DNA of 64,000 nt from Lingula anatina (Eukaryota; Animalia; Brachiopoda), in the NCBI GenBank assembly GCA_051362555.1, contig CM120642.1:22444001-22508000 (forward strand), written 5' to 3'. Below are positions 12,801 through 24,800 of this stretch, piece by piece; the first letter of the stretch is position 1, and each line of letters opens with the position of its first letter. A model generated the notes under the pieces. That model saw only the letters and a program-made list of their open reading frames with translations. It did no database searches and was not told the origin of the DNA. The translations under genes were made by a program, and so were the position numbers.

Positions 12801-15800
12801 TCGATCTATCTCCCTGTGGAGTCTCACTAAATTTCTATCAACTTGCTGTCCATAAGACAACATCCTTCTTGTGCAGAGCCAGCACAACCGGTATACAAGA
12901 CAGGTTGGGACTAAAACTATGGGTGCATTCCCATAGATTTTAGATCGATCTATCCACGTGGAGAGTCTCAAGCTAGATTACTATTAGATAATCCGGCTTA
13001 AATGTCCGTCCCGCCTACTACAAGCTGTAAGGGGGTAATTAATTTCCGTGCGTGGTCGGCTAATTGTAATTTGCGTGAACACCCAGGGGGTCAGGTCGAT
13101 TTAGTTGGATCGATCTAGATCTCTGGGAATGCCTTCTATGAGTACTCAGCACTCAAGTTTGTGGTACTAACAAAGTCTTACCATTTTTGATAGAAAAATG
13201 TCTTTCCGTCTTCTTCTTTAACAACATTATCAGAATCAAATTCCTCAATTCCCCCTCTCATAGACCAGTCAGGAAGTGGAGCTTTAAACAGCACCTGAAG
13301 GAAGAGATATCTACATTGATTATCAAGTATTCCAAAACAGCAAAAGCATTTCAATACACAGCACTGGTATAAACATTCATAGAAAAAGTGTCATGCCCGC
13401 CTTTTCTTTTTTAATTTATTTTGTCTTGCACAAGATTTTATGTCAATTCCAACTGTTTCATAAAAAAAAAATCTTAGAATTTCATTTCTTTGAGATACAA
13501 TGCAGTGTCCATGGGTATACATGTGTATGTTCAAATGAGGTTTTTTTTAATTTTTGCATGCTATTTGCTATCAGAATTGCTATCACTTAACATTCATATC
13601 AGACTGTCCCTAACATTTGAATTAACTTTCCAAAATGAAACAGAGTTAACCTGTATTTTGGAGACCACAAATTCCAGCTGAATGTTCTCACACTCGTTAA
13701 CCTGAAGTACCTCCAGTGGATCTGCCGTCTCTCCAAGCACAGTCTCAGTGGCACGCCTACAAATACAGACAAAAAATTAAACCCCCCCAAGAAAAACTGA
13801 TAGTGTTAAATGTAATATAATTTATTTTACAGTTTTACAATAAACTCATAAATTCTATAAAGATAAAGTTTAAACAATTTATTCATATTTTTTACATCAT
13901 AGTGTAAAAACTAATATAGAAGTCAAACAAATGTACATAAGCAATTATTATTAGACTAGTGGACATCACCTGATTTCATTCCACTTCTAATCAACCCAAG
14001 CACCAGAAAATAAATCTTCATCCAAGTTGTTGATTTATGAAACCGTTTAATATGTTTAAGAATGGCTTGAAAATACCTATTTTTTATGTCGAGTACATGT
14101 TTGTAATGAGTACCATCTTATATCACAATGTATAACATAATTTTTCCACCCTTATGTCAGGTTTGACTACTTCTCTACACAATAATAGTTGTGCTGTACT
14201 AACTTAAACCACCAAGCATGGCACATCTTGTCTCCTCCCTCCTCAAACAAGTAGGCCACCTTGGCAATGTAGAGCGGCTCAGAGGGGTCATCAGGACTAA
14301 CAGAGATAAAATCTCCACATGAAACCTGGAAAATCACATTTTAATATGAACCAATAGCAAATGTCATGGAATACCCACCCACTCAGTTTGCTCTGTTCTT
14401 TTATCTGGCATGTCCTATTACTTAAATCAGCTTAAATCAAGGAGACAGTGTGTGCAAATGTCTCTGTTTATGTCCAGTTGCAACATGTGCCATTTTGACA
14501 TTATCAGTCAACTAAATTTGCAGATACAATCAATTCTTGCACTTATCTTAACCACGAGGTAAAATATTGAGACAGTAGATCTATATCGATGTTTCAGTCA
14601 ATGTGGTTAGAAGGTCAGGAGTTAAATTGTGGTGATACAAAAGGGTCTGACTGGCTATTTTCGTTATCTATGAAAGTCACAATTTTTATTTCCCCCAAGA
14701 TGCACAAAACATTCACATTATTTAATGCGACTCACAAATGCGGCTTCTTATTCTTCACTCATTGTAAAACATCTAAAGCATTTTTATCAAATTTGTGTCA
14801 CAATATTGAAAGGATTGTGAAATGCTTTAAGTGCTGTAAATAAATCTGGCAAATTTTATTTGTCTAACATTTAAAAAAACAATTTTATTCTTGGGAAAAC
14901 AAAAGTGAACTGAAAAGAAAAGGTTGATAACTTTGCTTCACTAACCTTTTGATCATTTATCAGGACAGCTTCAAAATATGATTTCTTGGTCTCCACTTTA
15001 ATAGCCTTGCCCATCCATTCTAATGCAGACTGCACAATAAAAAAATCAAAGATTATAAACTCACATCTGTGCCTCTCAAACAATCACTCTCATCAAAACT
15101 GATAAATCTGGAGTTACGCAATAGTTGTGCTGATGAAGAAAGATACTTGTAAGAGCAGACTATCGACATCAATGCTGGCATATATTGCATATTTACATGA
15201 AAAAAGCAAAGCAAACAAGACTTTGATCTACACTAATCTGATAATGGTAATATTTTTAAATAATCATATTTTTTGGTATATAAAAACTCAGTACATTTTA
15301 AAATAAAACAGAAACATGAAAAGGCAGTTAAACAGTTAACAATATATGCCAATCAGCCATGGCAATGGCATGAACAGACACAATGATCAGAATATATGCA
15401 CGCAGTCTCTTTATAAAAAGAAAACGTACATCACAAACTAGAAAAGCACTCAGAGCACAGCCTCCACAAAGACAAATAATCAACTAATGGATCATCAACA
15501 AATCTAAATCAAATCTAATCATTTATTATTAATCATTTCTGACCCGTTTCATCAAAATCTGTACATAAATAAATAAACTGATTAATTAATGGATCATCAC
15601 CAAAACATAATCATTTACTCCTTGACCCATTTTGACCTATCCTGAATTTTTTATCAAAATCTGTTCAATTCTTTTTTGCATAATGCTCTCCACAGGCAAA
15701 CCATTTAACTAATGGTATTAAAAATGGAACTTTCTTGTCGAAGGCTATAATCTTTATATTTAAACTGTGTTCAATACATACTGAAAATCAATATGTGACT

Positions 15801-18800
15801 GTGGCTTAATCCAGTTTTAAGAGCGTTTTTCAGTGAAATGGGAGCACTTACACCGAGTATGTTCATCAAATGATACACTGCCACTCTCTTGACATACATT
15901 GCTCTAGGTAAATCTACTATCTCACACTTACAAACCTTCTGTTTCTTGCTCAATTTGTGCTTCTTCTTTGGAGTGGAAGGTTCAACAGCTTTTCTCTCCT
16001 GAAAAAAACATGGTCAAAATACAATGAGAAGCATTTAATCCATAAATGCATGGGCGAAAGTTGTAAAACCTGAAAATCCTGAAAACATAGCTTGCAATTT
16101 GTAATTGCATTTAGACTACATTTTAAGAAGAAAAACAATTGAAATAAAAACTGAAAATCCTGATATCAAGAATAATCCTGAAAACTTTCACTCTTGTATT
16201 ATGTATATATACTACTCAAAGGAAATCAAGGAATCCCTAGTGTTCGCAAAAAAATTTAGACACCAGACTGACATTATGTCTGACATAAACTATCTCTATG
16301 TGGACAGACACAATGATCAGAATATATGCAATCTATGCTGGAAGTTGAGAGAAGCACATTTCACATACATCAAAATTTACTTAAAGGGGAATACAAGTCT
16401 CTGGGGACCTAAATTCAATCAAATCCGACCCCCCTCTTCCCTCTAGATCTGCCCATCACGTTTTACCCACTGTGAGCGTAAGCCTAATTTTGGGGGGTTA
16501 TTATCCAGTCGTGACGTCATTGCCTGAACTCTCTGACATTGGCGTGTTATGCCTTTGCATGGGTACAACATGTTTACCTTGCAAATAAAGCACTTAACGA
16601 TACAAAAAATGGAACACATTATCATGGGCTTTCGTGCATTTTGATTATGTAAAACATATCTTCCTTTTAGTGCTTGGACTATTTTTAAATGATTATTTAA
16701 AAGTGGCTACTCATATCATGGACACAGCTGAAACCAGGAAAACTAACTATATTAAAAAATTGAAATAAAATACTGTAAGGCTTATTTCGGCATTTATTTG
16801 CAAACGTACATTTTCTATAGTATTACCTGATTTGCTGACAGTAAGGCCTTTGGACAATAAAGGCACAATGTATGCTTTAAACGATCGAATAATACGCTTC
16901 AATTCCTGTAATGTTTCGATTCTGTTAATGTAAGCAACCTACGCCATGTGCGCTTATGTGCGTAGGTTGCTTACATCAACAGTGGGCAGATCTAGAGAGA
17001 AGAGGGGGGTCGGATTTTATTGAATTTAGGTCCCCAGAGACTTGTATTCCCCTTTAAAATCTAGCCAGCTACTACTTACAGCAACTGCATAACGTAACTA
17101 AAATGAGCTAGCTTATCAATGTAGCAATGAACTATTATGTATTTACACATTAATTATTAGACCACTGCTAGATGTTTGGGGAATACCTCAAGCACTGGCA
17201 ATGTTGCATCATGTTTGGCCTACATTTGCTCCCAAGCAATGGCGTGCAGCCTCCTTTACAGAATGATCTGCTATCTTCAAATCTTACCCATAATGAGACG
17301 ATGTGGAGGATTAAATGACAAGGCATGTTGGGAAATTCTTAAGCAGATCTCACTCTTCTGCAACTTGTCAAAAAGTGTGGATATTCTATTTGAGTTCAAA
17401 ACAATTAACTAAGTTCCGGTAGACTATGGATTTGCTGTAAAAAGTAGGACAAAGCGGTGGATATAAAACCTAGCATTTTGCAAGGAGGCTAGAAAATGCT
17501 TGTTCAGGGCAAAACATACAAGTATCAATGCATACACTACTTTTTCTCACTAGAGCAATTCAGAGGCTAAAAGCCCTGAAAAATGGACCTGGACATACCG
17601 TATAGCTAAAAAAAAAACACGACTATTGGTACGCGTATGATCGATAACTGATTTAATTCTCGTAAGATTACCATCCGCCCCCTTCCTTATGAATAGGTAT
17701 TACTTTATTAATACAATGCAACCGTCGTGTAGCCGCATGTTAGAAGACAATGTTTGATTACGCACAGCAGTAGGAGGCCGCTACCCCTTCCCAGCAAGGA
17801 GTCAACACAGCAGCGCGTAACCCGGGGTTAATTAGGGGTTAATAGCTGTCCACTTATGATCGGTATTGTTCGTCTTGATTGCAGCACACTTCCTACTCAC
17901 TATTGGTTCGACCGCCTCTTCTTTAAATGCTCTCTCAAACCTTTCCTCAGTCAGCCGAGAATGGAAACACGTTTATCTGCCGATAAACTACGTCGTTGAT
18001 GTATTATTCGGCATCATTCTACAGTGGGTCATAAGGCTCTATCTATCATTTTTTTCGTCTCGCATTTTACCAGATTAAGCTGACGCTCGAAAACTAAATT
18101 TAATGAATAATTTTCTCACGTGCACCGTATCCAGCTAATTTTACGACAATAACTACCACGGCACCTCCGCCATTTGCAATATGTAGACGAACCACGTGTT
18201 TCCAACTGATAGGCCAATACAACTATACTAGACCCATTGTACGAGAAAAGACCGTTTATATTTAATGAATTAAAAAACATTTGAGGATTGCGATTTTCTA
18301 TTGATATACTATCGATGGTATCCCTGTATTAAATCATCCACTGCTACCCCCTCTTTTGTAGTGTAGCATGACTCGTATCACAAGATGGCCTTAGAAATGA
18401 AGTAAGACAGGCCTACACTCTGATAGTTTTTAGTCTAGGCCTATTATTAACCCTAATGTCGTTGCTTGTCATTCATTCTAGAACTCTCTGAGCCATCGCA
18501 AAATTATTTGCCAGGACATTTAAAGGCTACTTCTTAACGGATTTTTTTTTATTTGCACTGAGTCCAAAATGTTCGAGGACGTCTCTGTCGTTATCGCCGT
18601 TTCTCGGACGCAGTCCCAGACAAAGGATCAGAAAGTTTCTAAATAAAAGAACTTATAAATGCTGCCACTAGCCATCCTTATTGTTCCTAAGTAAAGAGAG
18701 GCGATAATGATCTTTTCTTTCTTCTAGCTTAGTCTGTCGACTAAAATGAACAAGGTTAGGCCTACAATGCAACCACCTATTATTACGACCATTAATGAGG

Positions 18801-21800
18801 TTCTTTGCTACACTCCCTTTCTTCATGATCGCGAAACCAGTGGGGTGCTGTGTTTTAAATATATAAAAAAGGGTCTCGCGAGGTGAAGCTATAATAATGA
18901 AATAAAAAAATCCAATGAATAGGCCTATCTAATAAACCATGAAGCACGTAGTCTAGGCCTCTTCTTTGACCGACATCACATTTTTACATTCTTTGTTTTA
19001 ATAAGAGGACGAACGTGGTCTAATTTGTCTTTTGGTGGTGTGTGATTTTGCTCGAAGTAGCGGAGTCAAGTAAATCGGTGATTTACCGTTGGTAAGAGTA
19101 GCGATCATCGCTCCTGCGTCCTCATAGATTACTTTCTAATCACCCGTAATTAACGCAGTCAGGAATAAGCGCTCAAATAGGGGTTTTTGTATCAGGGAAA
19201 ATTTTAGTATTAATCTTATGTTATTATGTATCTGTATTATGTAATCATGTAACTCATTTTCCCAAGGCAACCACCAATTATGACGACCATTAATGAAGTT
19301 CTCTGCTACACTCTCTCCTCATGATCACTTGCTCGATCGTGAAACCCTGGAGGTGTTGTATATATATTTGGGGTAGTTTACTATAGCATGCTACACTCTC
19401 CTCATGATCAGCTGCTCGATCGTGAAATCTGGAGTGAAACCCATGGTTTATCTAACAATGGTTTAAATAAATAAAAAGGGTGTCACGGAGGTGAAGCTGC
19501 TTAACTCATAAGAATAACGAACGAAAAAATACGATGAACATTTAATAAACCACGAAGCACGTATGTTTTGACCGTTATCGCCTTTTTTACATAAGATGTC
19601 TCAACAAGAAGGCAGATGTAGTCCAATTTGTCTTTTGTTGGTGATTCTGCTTCAGGTGGCTGAGATTAGTTGATCGGTGATGCACCGTTGGTAAGAGTAG
19701 CAATCATCACTCCTGCGTTCTAACGGATTACTTTCCAACCCCCCATAATTAACGCAGCCAGGAATAGGCACTGAAATAGGGGGTATTAAATCAGGAATTA
19801 ATTTTTGTAATTATGTATCCGTAAAATAAGAATCGTAACATTATCACGTATTTTTCCTGATGGAAAATATCATAATTTATGCACACTGATCGAATTATAA
19901 AGAAATCCCCAGATGTAAACAAAGATCAGTCAAGTATCACTCATCCCAGGCTGCAGGGCAGATATAGAGAATTGAATGAAGCGCCAGTGATCTGGCAACC
20001 CTACAAATGTGTCATGATGATTCATGGGCAAACAATAGAAGCATGAAATTAACACCTTTTACAGTGTGAATGACGACACCTTATGAGGCTTTTGTTTCTT
20101 CCCCTGGGTTGGTATTACAAAGTAAGTATGTTGACGTAAGTGTGTTGACTTTTGCATGTTCAAAGGAACAATGGAAATGTCATTTCAAAACAAAGAGCCA
20201 CATTTCCCTACTTAGGTGGCCAAAATATTGTCAATGAAACGCAAAAAAAGACAAAATCACCAGCTGTTACTGACTGAGTCTAACTCAAATGCAAAAAGGT
20301 ACGCACAGCGACAAAGCGCTATTGTAAACAATGACCCGACGATGAGATCAATAAGATGTATAAAATGACTATTTGTACTATAAAACTGTACCCCTGCCCC
20401 TACTTGTATATTATTACACACACAAGGCCACCCTATACCAGAGTTACAGATTGGTTTTTCATTACACAGTCTCTTGCACTGAAGAAAAATACTCATAATT
20501 AATTTGCGGCCCTAGTACAGGGTCTCCTCTCGCTTTCTCTCAAATCAAAATAAACTAGCAAACATGAAAATTGGCAAAATGTATTAGAATGTAAAGTGTT
20601 GCGAACCCTTTAAACAAGGTGAATGGTAATATGCACGTTTAGACAAATTTTAATTTTAATTTCAATTAAATTTTATTTTAATTAAAATTGATATTACCGA
20701 AATTAGTAAATGTCGTTTGCGTCATGTATCAATATTTTTGCGCATAATAGTACCTACGTTATAAACATTCAGCAAAGATATTTGGAAGGCCGCTCTTTTG
20801 TTGTTTATATCAAAGGAAAACTATTTGATACCCATCGTATCAATCATTATACCATGATAAGAGATTAGCATACTAATTTATGTCCCCAGTTATAATAACT
20901 TTAACAATAACAACAAACCTTCCTACTGTGCTTTCCGTTGCAAAAACAATTAGCCACGACTGTTTTATATATTAATAGATATTTATAATAATGACAATTT
21001 CAAAATCTTCAAAAGTACCGACAGGGACACGAACTCCCGTCGGTTAGGTTGCAGACGACTCAACGACGTTAACCGTTGTTCCACCAATTCTATTGTTCGC
21101 GCTGACAGATATCGACAGCTCTGTATTGCCGCGCATGCCGAAGCTTTGCGGAAATTGCCGAAGGCTAGGAAAATTCTTCAAAATATACTTTTATTACATT
21201 TAATCAAATCCAGACTCCCACTGCCCTGAGGTATGGCTAAAGGCTTTCAGTTGTCATCAGACTTTGTAATTTGGGAGAAAAAAGTGAAACAGTAACTTCT
21301 GGTGATGAATAATAGGTAATAGTGCTGCAAGGTGTTGTTTTTTATCCCTGATGTACGAGTAGCTTTTTCTACAGTTTCTATAATTCTCTTAACGTATGAA
21401 AATATGCAGGTTTTCTGATATAATAAGACTTTGATAAAATCAAAACCAATAATACTTTTAAAGTCGAGAGTCGGGATAAATATCGGCAAGGTGGAGAAAT
21501 GTCCCGCCGGCGCTTCCGCAACAGCAAGACTGAAGGACGCAAGTTACAAAGCAAAACATGTTTAGTCAAGTTAAAGACTTAATTACCGGTTTAACTTCGG
21601 CGGCAGTGCCTACTGCTGTGAGCAACATGCGCTGTCCATAGTAATCCCCCTATCATTAACACTGTCGGGGACGTGCGCATTAGCGCGTCTGATGTAGACA
21701 GCGTGTGCTATTAAAGTGACCGGGGACTTATTAGCTATAGTGTAGTTTTAAATGCTCTGTCGTCCAATAGTACGGACATTGCGACTGATATGCTTTTTTT

Positions 21801-24800
21801 TAATTAGGTGATATAAATCTGCCATTATTATAAACGATACCATCTGTGCAATATTACAAAACATTACGAGATGTTGACATTTACATAATTATTATCATGC
21901 ATACTCACAGTGTCCAATGTATCATCATTTCCTTCCTCTAACAAATCATCTTCATCTGCTGCCTTTACGGCCATATTGGGACATCTGGAAATAATTTGCA
22001 TTGTTCTTTTAATTCATAAGACACCAAAGCAGAGGTGAACCTTGGCCGTTATATTACCTAGCAGTGAGTAATAACTCACATCAGTCTGATGAGGGCCAAG
22101 TCTATATGTAGGTTGGCTGCAAGCTATGGGTGCTATGAAATTATTTTCAGCTTGTGTTGAATTGTTTTCATATATGATCCAACTACCAAGCTAAAGAACA
22201 TTTTTGCTCAAGTTATTATTTTCTTTTCTTTTAATGGGATATGTGTTAAGGAGCATTTAGTTACTTTCAGGACTCTTAAAATTAAAAAATAAATATAATG
22301 TATAGTCACCTGCAGGTGTTTTCTTATCATTTTTATCACTTCAGATATTAATGAGGGTAGAACTGAAGGGTTACCACCACAGATAATGACTGCAATTTTT
22401 TTCATAATAAGGTCTGACAAAGTGTTGTTCTACTTTAATTCATTAACAGATGGGTAATTAATCTATGTATTGGCCATCACACATATCAATTGATGTCTTA
22501 TTTACATCACACAATCATACCGTCTTTTCTGACATGCTTGTTTACTTCTGCCTGAACCTCCAAACTTGGTCATATCTCTACAAGCCATACACTTCCCACA
22601 GTCAGGCTGCTGACAAACCTACCACAAAAACAACATATCTTCATTATTCATCTGTACAATGTAATGTAATGAAATAAAATCCAAACATAAACCAAAGACA
22701 GGAGTGGAATTGACTAAAATATGGAACACGTCTCAAGAACTCACTGCTAAATATAAAACGCTTTACTAAGATTAATTTAGAATTAAATAGTAAATGTAAG
22801 TAATGTTTCACATTGTTTACAGCCATTTGAGCAACTATATCCTGAATTTAAATTCCTCACGCGCATTCCTTTTTAACCCTTTAATTTTATGCATGTCATG
22901 CATGGTTTAAATATTTAATGATTTGTTTAGTTTTTAAATTTAAAACTTTCCAACATCTGTAGTGCAAGAACACTAGAATATTGCAAACCAGTTGTAAGGA
23001 CTTACCTCACAAATTCCACACCTTTGTCTCCTTATATCTACTGCAGTTCCTTTCTCATCTATCTGGCCATCAAACATACTGTCAAATATGTTCCTAACCA
23101 GGGGGGTCACCGCAGCCAGCGTGTGTGCTGATTTGTCCTTCACTGCCTTAGCCCCACGGACCTCCTTTCTTAATGCTCTCCTGAAAATTTTTCAATATGA
23201 TGTATCAGGGCTCACCATTAGCGCCTGTCCGGGACAGGTAAAAATTCAGTTCGGACAGGTGAAGTTGCAGGGTTGGCTGTCCAACAGACAGGTCATGCTT
23301 TATGAGAAATTTGGAGCAAAAATCTTTTAAAAATCATTTTTTGTTGCATACTAACGTCTTTTTGCCTCTTCCTAGACGACATTGAAAAAGAGTGACCTAC
23401 TTTTGGCACAAAACACATGCAGTCGCAAAACGAAGTCTGAGCAAACTTACCGCCAAATTATGAAAGTGAACACCCTCCAGAACTTCAGCAGACAAAATTT
23501 ATTCACATATCAGGTTCACTACTGAACATTTATTTAGTTAAAAATTTACGTGGTTTAGTAATAAAGACACTTCCTAAAACAGAAACTACACAAGTACTGT
23601 GCTGGAGCCAGATTGGACTGGATGAACTGGCTATATCTAGTTCGTTGTCAAGGCAACAAACTGCCTGTCAATCAAACACGTTGTATGCTATCTGCTCACT
23701 ATAGACAGTGATATCTTTGGGGCTGAAGATCTTGTTGAAATGTTGTTTATTTGCCAAAATATAACCTGAAATTTTGTATGATGTTTTTTTTTAATGACTC
23801 TAGCATCACCTCTGTTATTTACAGTTTAAAATTTAGTGCTGGAATATGATAAATTAACATTGCTCTCATATACCAGTGTGATATTGATGTAAGGAAGAAA
23901 TTAGTAATAACAAATATGAGAATTTTAATAAAAAGAAGGGGAACTTTTTTATACTGATTTTATTTAGTTCATATATGTTTAAAAAATCAAACACGTGATA
24001 ACCCCTTAAAAAGTTAAATTGTTAACATAAATATAAGTAAAGTATTATAAAATTTCTTTGATTTTCATTGTAATTTATTCAAATATTATACATTTTGAAT
24101 ATTTTAATAAAATTAATTTAACAGTACTGTACCCCCTCCCCACTTCCCACTCAGGGTTTTTTTTTTAGCTTTGGTTAAACTTCATGTGAATCTGTTATCA
24201 AATTGCAGACTTACAATTAGTAGACCCTGTACCCCAAATCCTAGGAGAAGCCCTGATGTGAATTATCAGACTTAAATGCAAGATTAAATCTTCAGGAGTT
24301 CACAAGTATGAAAAAACAAATTTTAATCTGAACATAGATTCACTTCTGCATTTTCGGGGCTCATATGATTGAATGTTTTGGTAATATATACATTAATTTA
24401 AATGTATGACCACACATATAAATTGACAAAGTTCAAACGTATGAATAGAAAAAAATTATTGGTTTTGTGGACAGGTTGGATTGAAAATCGGACAGGTCAA
24501 ATTTATGAGCACCTGTCCGAAGGACAGGTGCTCATAAAAGTTAGTGTCTAGCCCTGTGTATGATATAAATATCAACGTGTTGTATTCCTGATCTCAGGGC
24601 TTCGATGGTAAAGAACAAATTAATGATGTATGACAGCAAAACAAAATACTGGTCATCACACAGCCTCATAACAAACACAATGCAGAAACCCCCAGTATCA
24701 AGATCATTGAAAGTGTGGTCAATACTCTCATGCAGAGCACCTCTGGACAGATACCTGGACACCTCTGCCTATAGACAAGCAAATATTGCAAATTTCCAAG

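Noticed and set aside
21015-21085. Functional tRNA gene
   Set aside because: Acceptor and anticodon stems do not form properly; retained only as a tRNA-like relic.
22086-22140. Hammerhead-ribozyme-like CTGATGAG followed by a hairpin
   Set aside because: Required GAAA reads GCAA, and stems I/III do not pair convincingly; at most a decayed relic.
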